Source: a virus
Taxonomy: Duplodnaviria; Heunggongvirae; Uroviricota; Caudoviricetes
Virus record (IMG/VR): IMGVR_UViG_2740892236_000003
Length of the DNA: 25,153 bases
Strand: one strand, 5' to 3'
The notes under the pieces were generated by a model. That model did no database searches, had not been told where the DNA came from, and saw only the letters and a list, made by a program, of their open reading frames with translations. Positions 1 through 7,357 of this stretch are shown here, in pieces (within the stretch, counting starts at the first letter, position 1; every line of letters starts with the position of its first letter). The position numbers and the translations under genes are program-made.

Positions 1-51
1 ACAGAAGCCACTGGAGCACCTCAAAAACACCATCATACACTAAATCAGTAA

Positions 52-507
52 GTTGGCAGCATCACCAGCGAAGGTGATAACCGTTACCTGCGCAGGGAGC
101 AGAACGGCGCAGACATTCCGGATAAAGGGGCTTTTATCGATAACGTCGGTTTACGGGAAACGGTAAACAGGGCGGCGAATGCTCTGCCATCGGACGGCAC
201 CGCCGTTGCCGCGAATAGACTCGCCACCCCAAGAAATATTAATGGGGTTCCCTTTGACGGGACGCAGGACATAAACATCACTTCTGGTATAACACAGCAG
301 GATGCGGATTCCCGATATATCCAGGATATCAGGCTGGGAGCAGAGAACAGGCAGGTAATGTACGGTGGGGCATATTACTCTGCGTACGGTAATGTTATGG
401 CAGGCCTGCAGATTGACAGTAAAGTTGATGCTTCAAACGATTTTATAGCATTCAGACCCCTGCAAAAATTAGTCGGAGGTACATGGATTACGGTATCTCA
501 GTTATAA
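52..507 (+). CDS. Tail fibre C-terminal tip cassette (Sv-like), start-less, ~151 codons
   Basis: Frame 1 is open from 52 to TAA at 505-507 with no ATG or GTG near its 5' end. Translation ...[50 protein letters not shown]...[17 protein letters not shown]...[11 protein letters not shown] contains a GL(R/Q)ETVNRA(A/G)NA motif as recalled from P2 H at its constant/variable junction. In-frame TAA at 49-51, and stops in the other two frames at 41-43 and 75-77. Confidence 0.6.
   Translation, partial: VGSITSEGDNRYLRREQNGADIPDKGAFIDNVGLRETVNRAANALPSDGTAVAANRLATPRNINGVPFDGTQDINITSGITQQDADSRYIQDIRLGAENRQVMYGGAYYSAYGNVMAGLQIDSKVDASNDFIAFRPLQKLVGGTWITVSQL
134..159. other. Left invertase crossover site (gix/hix/cix-like, 26 bp)
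   Basis: TTATCGATAACG-TC-GGTTTACGGGAA: two 12-nt half-sites around a central dinucleotide. It resembles Mu gixL as I recall it (TTATCCAAAACCTCGGTTTACAGGAA). Inverted relative to the site at 1451-1476 (central TC versus GA). Confidence 0.6.
134..249. repeat. Left arm of imperfect inverted repeat (~116 bp)
   Basis: The reverse complement of 134-249 aligns with 1341-1476 at roughly 85% identity by eye: identical runs of 23, 29 and 37 nt separated by a divergent ~25-nt patch. It encodes the shared N-proximal part of both fibre cassettes. Confidence 0.7.
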
Positions 508-558
508 ATAGTCAGTAAATAATATATTTTAAAACAGATTTATTTCCAGGAGGATTTT

Positions 559-1080
559 ATGGAACTAAAAAATATAACCCGTTATTATCCTGAAAATATG
601 CCATATGGTAATAATGTTCAGTATTTCCAGAGTGAAGATGGTAAGGATTTCTACGAATCCCTGCCATTATTCACCAAAAAATATAAACTTTGCATAACAC
701 CTGACAGCGGCGTTATCTGCTCAATATCACAGGACGCCTCGGCGCTGTATCCTGCGGGGTTTTCTGTGGTTGAGGTCGATGAACTCCCTGAAGGCACGGA
801 TATTTCAGGAAACTGGAAGTTTGATAATGGCATAATCTCCCGTATTCCGGTTAACTACGCAAGAAAACTGGAAGCAATGCGCCAGTCATATCTTAATCAG
901 GCATATGAAAAAATTAATGACTGGAGAACGGAGCTACAACTGGGCACCATCAGCGATGAAGACAGAGCAGCACTTACCCAATGGATGGCATACATCAGTC
1001 AGGTGAAGAAAATGGAACTACCCGCCATTAAAACAGAAGCTGAATTTAACGCCATTAAATGGCCTGAGCAGCCACAGTAA
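559..1080 (+). CDS. tfa: Tail fibre assembly protein (Tfa / Mu U-like chaperone)
   Basis: 173 aa. AGGAGG lies 6 nt upstream of the ATG. Sits immediately downstream of the fibre tip cassette. The C-terminal region (DEDRAALTQWMAYISQVKKMELPAIKTEAEFNAIKWPEQPQ) is typical of phage Tfa chaperones. The gene is AT-rich relative to the late operon. Confidence 0.8.
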   Translation: MELKNITRYYPENMPYGNNVQYFQSEDGKDFYESLPLFTKKYKLCITPDSGVICSISQDASALYPAGFSVVEVDELPEGTDISGNWKFDNGIISRIPVNYARKLEAMRQSYLNQAYEKINDWRTELQLGTISDEDRAALTQWMAYISQVKKMELPAIKTEAEFNAIKWPEQPQ

Positions 1081-1083
1081 TAA

Positions 1084-1103
1084 AGAAGGCCGGAAGGCCT
1101 TCT
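1084..1103. terminator. Hairpin between convergent tfa and minus-strand fibre cassette (possible bidirectional terminator)
   Basis: AGAAGGCC-GGAA-GGCCTTCT: perfect 8-bp stem with a 4-nt loop, flanked by AT-rich sequence on both sides. It lies exactly between the stop codons of the two convergent ORFs. Confidence 0.4.
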
Positions 1104-1111
1104 GAATATCA

Positions 1112-1495
1112 TTATATACTTGCAGCCGTCACCCATGCTCCATTTAACAGATACTGCAACGGCCGGTAATACACGCCGCCGACGTTATCTGCCGTATTCT
1201 TACCGACATCCTGTACTTTAATTCCGGTAAGAACATTGCCGCCCCCCAGATTCAGATCCCAGCTTTCCCATGTTCCGGGCATATGTGCGGTCACCGACCC
1301 CAGTCTTATGGCGGTTACTGTTCCTGATGAGATAGTGATATCCTGCGTCCCGTCAAAGGGAACACCATTAATTGTGTGGGCATTTGCCAGCCTGTTCGCG
1401 GCAACGGCGGTGCCGTCCGATGGCAGGGCATTCGCCGCCCTGTTTACCGTTTCCCGTAAACCGAGGTTTTCAGGAAAGCCAGGATTAACTCTGTT
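1112..1495 (-). CDS. Alternative tail fibre C-terminal tip cassette (S'v-like), start-less, ~127 codons
   Basis: The minus-strand frame is open from 1495 (just after an in-frame TAA at 1498-1496) to the stop at 1112. Translation ...[49 protein letters not shown]... then diverges into a different tip, ...HMPGTWESWDLNLGGGNVLTGIKVQDVGKNTADNVGGVYYRPLQYLLNGAWVTAASI. The first ~40 residues after the crossover site are shared with the plus-strand cassette. The Met reported by the ORF track at 1294 is an internal GTG. Confidence 0.6.
   Translation of the reverse strand, partial: NRVNPGFPENLGLRETVNRAANALPSDGTAVAANRLANAHTINGVPFDGTQDITISSGTVTAIRLGSVTAHMPGTWESWDLNLGGGNVLTGIKVQDVGKNTADNVGGVYYRPLQYLLNGAWVTAASI
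1341..1476. repeat. Right arm of imperfect inverted repeat
   Basis: Reverse-complement partner of 134-249; see the left arm. Confidence 0.7.
1451..1476. other. Right invertase crossover site (gix-like, 26 bp)
   Basis: TTCCCGTAAACC-GA-GGTTTTCAGGAA. Its reverse complement, TTCCTGAAAACC-TC-GGTTTACGGGAA, shares the inner half-site exactly with the left site. It lies 66 bp upstream of the invertase start, as gixR does for gin in Mu. Confidence 0.6.
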
Positions 1496-1541
1496 TTATT
1501 CCTCATGCGACAATTCCGGCTTTTTATAATAAGGAAATCGT

Positions 1542-2114
1542 ATGCTGATTGGGTATATCAGGGTGTCAACAAATGACCAGAATACGGCGCTACAAAGAAA
1601 TGCGCTGGAATGTGCAGGATGTGAGCTGTTTTTCGAAGACAGAATAAGCGGTAAGACAAGGGAGCGTCCCGGACTTAAACGCGCATTAAAGCGACTCCGG
1701 CCAGGGGATACCCTGCTGGTCTGGAAACTGGATCGCCTTGGACGCAGTATGCAGCACCTTGTCCTTTTAACAGAAGAACTCCGGCAACGCGGCGTTAACT
1801 TCCGCAGCATTACGGACAATATTGATACATCCACTCCCATGGGACGTTTCTTTTTCCATATAATGGGCGCGCTGGCGGAAATGGAGCGGGAACTCATTAT
1901 TGAACGTACACGCGCGGGTCTTGCTGCTGCCCGTGCTCAGGGGCGTCATGGCGGCAGACCTCAGAAACTGACAGAGAAAGAGCGGGAGCAAATCGCCCGT
2001 TTGCTGGCTAATGGCGAGTCCCGTAAACAAATCGCACTGATATTTGATATTGGCCTTTCCACCCTTTATCGTTATTTTCCTGCCTCACCAGCTCCGTCAC
2101 CAAAAGTACCGTGA
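1542..2114 (+). CDS. Serine DNA invertase (Gin/Pin/Hin/Cin family)
   Basis: 190 aa. The N-terminus MLIGYIRVSTNDQ carries the catalytic-serine motif of small serine recombinases; a resolvase-like core follows, and the C-terminus (QIALIFDIGLSTLYRY) is a helix-turn-helix. AAGGA lies upstream of the ATG. The gene abuts the invertible segment and reads away from it. Confidence 0.9.
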   Translation: MLIGYIRVSTNDQNTALQRNALECAGCELFFEDRISGKTRERPGLKRALKRLRPGDTLLVWKLDRLGRSMQHLVLLTEELRQRGVNFRSITDNIDTSTPMGRFFFHIMGALAEMERELIIERTRAGLAAARAQGRHGGRPQKLTEKEREQIARLLANGESRKQIALIFDIGLSTLYRYFPASPAPSPKVP

Positions 2115-2123
2115 CGCTTTTTT
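2095..2123 (+). terminator. Putative intrinsic terminator at the 3' end of the invertase gene
   Basis: CGTCAC-(10-nt loop)-GTGACG followed by C and TTTTTT (2118-2123). The stem overlaps the TGA stop codon. Confidence 0.45.
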
Positions 2124-2199
2124 GAATTTCCGCAAAACACATATTTTTCAGCGGTCGCTATTCTGACTCTGTTTAATTCAGAAACAGGCAGAAAAGACG

Positions 2200-4254
2200 A
2201 TGTCAGACTCCAAGTGGAAAATGCTCTCCGCCATGCCCGGAGAGTTTTCAGTCAAGGTTGCCGGTGGCACGGTGGCATTTATTGAAAGCCCTTTCCGCCC
2301 TTCGGGTAATAAAGGGGGGATCACCTTCGCAGACTGCGTGATCCGCTTCAGCACGAAAGAGCCATTATGGGTAATGCCGGTATCCGGTAATCCCAGTGCA
2401 GAAATCACCAGTTCAGGCGTGACTGGCATCATTCCAATCACATCTGACGTGGCCGGAACGCTCACGCCCTCCGACTGGAATGCACCGGATAACGCCGGGC
2501 CTTCCGGTAGCACGAATGGCAGCAGTTCAGAGCCGGAATATTACTTTGTTGTCATTCTCGCGGGTCAGTCAAATGGCATGGCCTACGGCGAGGGGCTGCC
2601 GTTACCGGATTCGTTTGACCGCCCGGACCCACGCATTAAGCAACTGGCACGCCGCAGTACGGTAACGCCCAACGGTACGTCGTGTACATACAACGACATC
2701 ATTCCGGCAGACCACTGCCTGCATGATGTTCAGGATATGAGCGGGATAAACCACCCGAAAGCTGATCTGGCAAAAGGCCAGTACGGGACTGTCGGTCAGG
2801 GGTTGCATATTGCCAAAAAACTGCTTCCCTATATCCCACAGAATGCCGGGATACTTCTGGTGCCCTGTTGTCGTGGCGGGTCAGCATTCACCACTGGAGC
2901 CGACGGCTCATTCAGTGAGGCCAGCGGTGCTTCCGCTGATTCTTCACGCTGGGGGGCCGGTAAACCTCTGTATCAGGACCTGGTAAGCCGCACCAAAGTC
3001 GCGCTGGCGAAAAACCCGAAAAACAAACTTCTGGCTGTGGTCTGGATGCAGGGAGAGGCAGACCTTGCCTCAGGAAGCCAGCAGCATAATAGTTTATTCA
3101 CGGCCATGGTTCAGCAGTTCAGAACTGACCTGGCTCCGCTTGCTGCGCAGTGCGTGAGTGGAAATGCCACCACGGTGCCGTGGATTTGCGGTGATACCAC
3201 GTATTACTGGAAAAACGCTGGCACCGATAAATATGAGGCAGTATACGGTGGCTACAAAGGCAAGGAAGCACAGAAAATTTTCTTTGTACCGTTCCTGACG
3301 GATGAGAATGGACAGAGCACGCCAACGAATGCTCCGGCGGAAGACCCGGATATTGTGGCTGTCGGGTATTACGGTGCAGCATCCCGAACCCAGGGCAGTT
3401 TTGTTTCGACACAGCGTGACAGCCATTTCAGCTCATGGGCACGCAGGGGCGTCATTTCAGACCGTCTGGCCTCAGCTATTATGCTCCATGCAGGGCGCAC
3501 GGCTGAACTGATGCGCGGGCAGACCGTGACACCACCGGATGAGAAGCCGTCACCTGATACACCATCAAAACCGTCCACGCCACCCGCAGACACCACGACG
3601 ATGAGTACGCTATTTGCTTACCGGGCATCTGAGTCTGAAGGACGGTTGACACCACAGGGTTGGGCTGCCGGAGGTGGCAAGGCTCAAATCGTGGATGATG
3701 CCGGAGCCAGCGGGGGTAAGGCAATGAAACTGACCAAGGAAACAGGAAGAGCCCCCTGGTACCTTGAGCATGATGCTGGTAATGGTGCGGACCTGCTGGG
3801 TAAAGGTGGTCTTGTCAGTTGTCGTTTTAAACTCGATGGCGCGCTTACGGCTAATCAGTACGCACTGGCGCTGTACTGGCCGGTTTCTGCCCTGCCGCAA
3901 GGGGTTACTCTGGAAGGAAATGCCGGTCATAACCTGCTGGCATCGTTCTACGTACAGAGCGATGCCACAGACCTTAACGTGATGTATCACAAAGGAAACA
4001 CGGCGCAGAACACGAAGCTGGGGTCATTCGGCGCATTTAATAACGAATGGCATACGCTGGGCTTCCGTTTTGCCGGTAACAACAGTATTGAGGTGACGCC
4101 GGTCATTGATGGTAAGGACGGGACACCATTCATGCTGTCGCAGTCTCCGGTCGGCACGTTTACGGCAGACAAGTTGCGCGTGACCGATATCACTAAAAAT
4201 GCGACTTACCCGGTACTGATTGACAGTATCGTGGTGGAAGTGAATAACGCGTAA
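2200..4254 (+). CDS. Multidomain SASA/SGNH-type carbohydrate O-acetylesterase-like protein (NanS-like) with Pro/Thr linker and C-terminal putative binding domain
   Basis: 684 aa. VVILAGQSNGMAYGEG (nt ~2545-2590) matches the GQSN catalytic block, and AVVWMQGEADL (nt ~3030-3060) the QGE(S/A)D block, of sialate O-acetylesterase (SASA) family hydrolases, both recalled from memory. A Pro/Thr-rich linker (PPDEKPSPDTPSKPSTPPADTT) precedes a ~230-aa C-terminal region that looks like a beta-sandwich or lectin-like domain. No N-terminal signal peptide is apparent. The RBS is weak and the start codon uncertain. Confidence 0.55.
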   Translation: MSDSKWKMLSAMPGEFSVKVAGGTVAFIESPFRPSGNKGGITFADCVIRFSTKEPLWVMPVSGNPSAEITSSGVTGIIPITSDVAGTLTPSDWNAPDNAGPSGSTNGSSSEPEYYFVVILAGQSNGMAYGEGLPLPDSFDRPDPRIKQLARRSTVTPNGTSCTYNDIIPADHCLHDVQDMSGINHPKADLAKGQYGTVGQGLHIAKKLLPYIPQNAGILLVPCCRGGSAFTTGADGSFSEASGASADSSRWGAGKPLYQDLVSRTKVALAKNPKNKLLAVVWMQGEADLASGSQQHNSLFTAMVQQFRTDLAPLAAQCVSGNATTVPWICGDTTYYWKNAGTDKYEAVYGGYKGKEAQKIFFVPFLTDENGQSTPTNAPAEDPDIVAVGYYGAASRTQGSFVSTQRDSHFSSWARRGVISDRLASAIMLHAGRTAELMRGQTVTPPDEKPSPDTPSKPSTPPADTTTMSTLFAYRASESEGRLTPQGWAAGGGKAQIVDDAGASGGKAMKLTKETGRAPWYLEHDAGNGADLLGKGGLVSCRFKLDGALTANQYALALYWPVSALPQGVTLEGNAGHNLLASFYVQSDATDLNVMYHKGNTAQNTKLGSFGAFNNEWHTLGFRFAGNNSIEVTPVIDGKDGTPFMLSQSPVGTFTADKLRVTDITKNATYPVLIDSIVVEVNNA

Positions 4255-4269
4255 GCAGGATAAAAAAAT

Positions 4270-4302
4270 GCCGCCGGTAAGGGAAAACAAGAAACCGGCG
4301 GC
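4270..4302 (-). terminator. GC-rich hairpin with a T-tract on the minus strand only
   Basis: GCCGCCGGT-(15-nt loop)-ACCGGCGGC, a 9-bp stem. On the plus strand it is followed by A-rich sequence, so it is a poor terminator for the esterase gene. On the minus strand it is followed by TTTTTTT. Confidence 0.3.
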
Positions 4303-4398
4303 AAAAAGATCGTTATATCCAAAGCAAAAAATGCAGTGCACCTTTTTACCTAACAGATATTACCGGTGTCAACACCATGTCAATAATTGGGAGGGATA

Positions 4399-4581
4399 AT
4401 GACATTTTTACAGCTTATTTTATTGTATTTCTGCACGGCAGTATGTGCGTTATATCTGGTGAGTGGTGGTTATAAGGCCATCAGAAATTATGTTCGCCGC
4501 AAAATTGAGGACGCAGCAGCTGAAAAACTCAGTAAAACAGCGCAGGTAACTCCGCTCCCAAAAGACCCGACCCAGCCCTGA
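4399..4581 (+). CDS. Small single-pass membrane protein (hypothetical)
   Basis: GGGAGGG lies 4-5 nt upstream of the ATG at 4399; the ORF track starts the frame at a TTG at 4387. The product is ~60 aa: a hydrophobic N-terminal segment (FLQLILLYFCTAVCALYLVSGGY) followed by a charged tail. Confidence 0.4.
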   Translation: MTFLQLILLYFCTAVCALYLVSGGYKAIRNYVRRKIEDAAAEKLSKTAQVTPLPKDPTQP

Positions 4582-4616
4582 TTGCAGGGCTTTATTCCCG
4601 CATAAGGAGGATATAC

Positions 4617-4871
4617 ATGCCAGAAATTAAAGGCACCGTCACTGAAGACCTGGTAAAACAGGCACTGTATTCCGGTGAAGTAAATAAGTTGCTGAAAGCG
4701 CAGGTCCGCAAGGATTTTGAGGCACAAATCGACACTTACGTTGATGAAGTGCTGGCAAAACTTATTGGGCCAGCAGTTGCGGCCAGTGATGCTGATAATG
4801 AGCCGAAAACCGACGCGCAGCCAGAGCAACCAGACCCGGCTCAGCCCGGAACTGACAGTACCATGATGTAA
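4617..4871 (+). CDS. Small acidic hypothetical protein
   Basis: 84 aa. A strong AAGGAGG lies 7 nt upstream of the ATG. The C-terminal half is acidic and Pro/Gln-rich. No recognisable family. Confidence 0.45.
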   Translation: MPEIKGTVTEDLVKQALYSGEVNKLLKAQVRKDFEAQIDTYVDEVLAKLIGPAVAASDADNEPKTDAQPEQPDPAQPGTDSTMM

Positions 4872-5264
4872 CAATACAAACCGGTGGTGTCCTCTGCCGG
4901 TTTGACACTAATGAAAACATCTTTGCCGCTATCCAGCCATATGTAATCGCTGGATAGTATTTCGTATTCAGAAATATAGCTGCTTATGGAGCAGTCAATC
5001 CTGCTTCCCCATCCGGGCAGGCAAATGAACCGGTATCATTAGTCCGATTCACGCTTTTGTAGAATCGTTCCCAGAATGCTATACAGCTCATTAGCCTGTT
5101 GCTCCATCATTGAGACGGAGGCTATACGGTGCAAAGTGATTTCAGGAGGTGGCACACCTCCATCTTCTTGCTGTGGAGGAAAAACATAAGATTTAATAAA
5201 AAAAGTTGAAGCATATGAACTCTCCCGCACTCGAACTGTATTTGCAGGCATCTGAATAATCGGA

Positions 5265-5274
5265 NNNNNNNNNN
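5265..5274. other. Assembly gap (10 N)
   Basis: A run of N. It truncates the minus-strand tail fibre ORF, and the translation beyond it is not protein-like. Confidence 0.95.
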
Positions 5275-5724
5275 TTTGCTGTAAACATCCAGATTATTAC
5301 GGGCGGTTCCCTTATTCTCCAGGTCGGCGAGATTCTGATCCTTCGCCAGGGCATTAACGTCAGCGGGACCAAGACTGTTTTTTGTGGCAAGCGTCCCCAG
5401 ACCAAGATAACCACGGGCCAGACGCTGGGCCTCCGCACCGGCATCAGCAATTTCTTTCAGGTTATTTTTCCGGGAAAAGGCATTCGCAGCGATAATGGCT
5501 TTAATGGACAGCGTAAGCTGGTTTAACTGCGCCTTATCCGGCTGAATACTGGCTTCAGCCAGAATATTCAGCAGTTCGGCCTGGAGAATATTCAGCCAGT
5601 CCTGACCAATCCAGCTGATACCTTTTTGTCCGTCACCTTCGGTAAACCAGGTGGTGGTATTACTCTGCGCCGGTGCCAGCGCAGGCATATTCGCCACGCC
5701 GGAATTATTATCAACATGAAACAT
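5275..5724 (-). CDS. Tail fibre protein, N-terminal constant part (Mu S-like), truncated by the gap
   Basis: The ATG at 5724 overlaps the stop of the upstream gp48-like gene (TAATG). The N-terminus MFHVDNNSGVANMPALAPAQSNTTTWFTEGDGQ... and the motif ...GYLGLGTLATKNSLGPADVNALAKDQNLADLENKGTARNNLDVYSK are typical of the N-terminal region of contractile-tail phage fibres. Only 150 codons are present before the N-run. Confidence 0.7.
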
Positions 5725-6284
5725 TAAATAGTCTCCTCTTCATGGCTGTTTGCATAAACGTAAATAAACGTCTGCCATGCAGGCTTATAACGGTTCAGAA
5801 TACATTCCAGCGCACCGCCTTCATAAATACGCAGCGGCGTGAGAATATCATCCAGCACATTCATATTCCGGTAGCCGGTTTCACTGTTAATCGTGACAAT
5901 ACTGACCCACTGCGAATCCGGTGAGGGCTGAATGTCAATCTGATAACCAAACTCCGCCGCAAACCGGATATAAAATTCACGGTTCAGCGAGGGCTTCATC
6001 CGGTATTTATTTCCGGCATAACGCTGTCGCTCCGTGAGGGTGGCTCCGGCCATATCACACTCGGGAAGCCCGAGATAACGCTCCCAGTCTTCCAGCAGCA
6101 GGCGCGACGTGTCAGGGAAACGCTCGGCAAGCAGCTGTTTACCCGTCCAGGATACACGCGCTGTCGAATGACTGAGGCCCAGACATAATGATGCCAGTAC
6201 GGATGACGGACGCTTGTCCCATGCCAGCCCGTCAGGCAGTAACTGCAACAGGGCGCGCTGATGCGGGGTCAGGGTTACAGCCAT
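5724..6284 (-). CDS. Baseplate/tail protein, Mu gp48 (R) / P2 gpI / YmfQ-like
   Basis: 186 aa. Lies between the baseplate J-like gene and the fibre gene. AGGAG RBS. Matches the Mu gp48 position and size. Confidence 0.7.
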   Translation of the reverse strand: MAVTLTPHQRALLQLLPDGLAWDKRPSSVLASLCLGLSHSTARVSWTGKQLLAERFPDTSRLLLEDWERYLGLPECDMAGATLTERQRYAGNKYRMKPSLNREFYIRFAAEFGYQIDIQPSPDSQWVSIVTINSETGYRNMNVLDDILTPLRIYEGGALECILNRYKPAWQTFIYVYANSHEEETI

Positions 6285-7357
6285 GTGATTTCTCCTACCG
6301 TCAGCAGCTCACTGTCTCCCGCCTGAACTGACGTCAGCGGACTGCGCACTTCAAAATCCTCCAGATTTTTCACCCCTGCCACCGCCCGCCAGAAAGACGA
6401 CGGCAGAACCAGACCGCCGGGCCGGGATTCGTTATACAACAGGTCGGTCAGCGCCTGTTTTACGGCCGCCTGATTCTCCGGTGTTTTCGGGATGCTCCTG
6501 ATGCTGAAGGGCACCGGCTTATTGGTCAGTTTAAACACGGTCACCGTCGGCCCCAGAGGCTGTCCGACAGGCTGGCCGGTCGCCGGATCATCATGACTGC
6601 GGATATAATCCGCCACCCGCTGAACATCACCGTCACCGGGGAAAATATCCGGGTTATTATCCTGAACAAACGTTACCCCCACGCTGCCCGCCTGCGGCCA
6701 TTCCGGGCGGCACCATGCCCGCGTCACGCCCGGCACTTCACGCGCCCAGCGTTCAAAATCATACTGCGTGCCGCCGGACGGTGGATTCTGCACCCGGAAA
6801 ACCAGACGGGAAAGCAGCTCCGGCACGGTTTCCACATCCGCACCACCGGTGATCCCCGTTCCGGTCACCGTGGCCGTCTGGTTGATCCCCGCCTGCGGTG
6901 TGATAAATGTCAGTTTTGTCCCTGCCGGGGCATTCCCCGCACGACCGGCACTTTCGGCTTCCACACTGACATTCAGCGTACCGGCCTTACCGGTCAGGGA
7001 GGTGGTGATACGGTAAACCACGCCATCACTTCGCTGGAGAAGCACACCTTCCTTGATCCCCGCATCCGTGGTCAGCATCAGCTGAACCGGCCCGTCCCCC
7101 CGAGAGGCAGGCTTACGCATGACGCCCCAGAATGCACAGTGTTTCAGCAGTTCGGCTTCATCGGCTTCGGTCGGGATGATCTGACGCGCAATCCAGGCCA
7201 GATGCTCATGCTCCTGAGCAGATAACCCTGCCTGAGCGTAAGCAATGGCATTCAGGGTGGTTTCATTCACACCCGGCTGCGAGCCGGGCAGGCGCTGGCT
7301 GATATCCTGCTGTGTCTGCGTGATTAACTGTGCCAGCGGTAAAGGCTGATAAGGCAT
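6275..7357 (-). CDS. Baseplate J-like protein (Mu gp47 / W)
   Basis: 360 aa. Position and size fit Mu gp47; sequence is typical of the Baseplate_J family. Confidence 0.8.
   Translation of the reverse strand: MPYQPLPLAQLITQTQQDISQRLPGSQPGVNETTLNAIAYAQAGLSAQEHEHLAWIARQIIPTEADEAELLKHCAFWGVMRKPASRGDGPVQLMLTTDAGIKEGVLLQRSDGVVYRITTSLTGKAGTLNVSVEAESAGRAGNAPAGTKLTFITPQAGINQTATVTGTGITGGADVETVPELLSRLVFRVQNPPSGGTQYDFERWAREVPGVTRAWCRPEWPQAGSVGVTFVQDNNPDIFPGDGDVQRVADYIRSHDDPATGQPVGQPLGPTVTVFKLTNKPVPFSIRSIPKTPENQAAVKQALTDLLYNESRPGGLVLPSSFWRAVAGVKNLEDFEVRSPLTSVQAGDSELLTVGEITWL

Noticed and set aside
84-281. 65-aa minus-strand ORF in the left repeat arm
   Set aside because: It is antisense to the fibre cassette frame. 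It mirrors ORF 1236-1529 only because the two lie in inverted-repeat arms.
1236-1529. 97-aa plus-strand ORF in the right repeat arm
   Set aside because: Antisense to the minus-strand fibre tip cassette; same repeat-mirror artefact.
1496-2030. Minus-strand ORFs 1496-1897 and 1767-2030
   Set aside because: Antisense to the well-supported invertase gene; Arg/Ser/Cys-rich composition.
4488-4874. 128-aa minus-strand ORF overlapping the two small plus-strand genes
   Set aside because: Trp/Cys/Phe-rich and no RBS, whereas both plus-strand genes have strong Shine-Dalgarno sequences.
5039-5264. 70-aa minus-strand ORF 5039-5251 and the tail of ORF 5122-5724 beyond the gap
   Set aside because: No RBS. 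The translation after the N-run is not protein-like, so the fibre ORF extension across the gap is an artefact.
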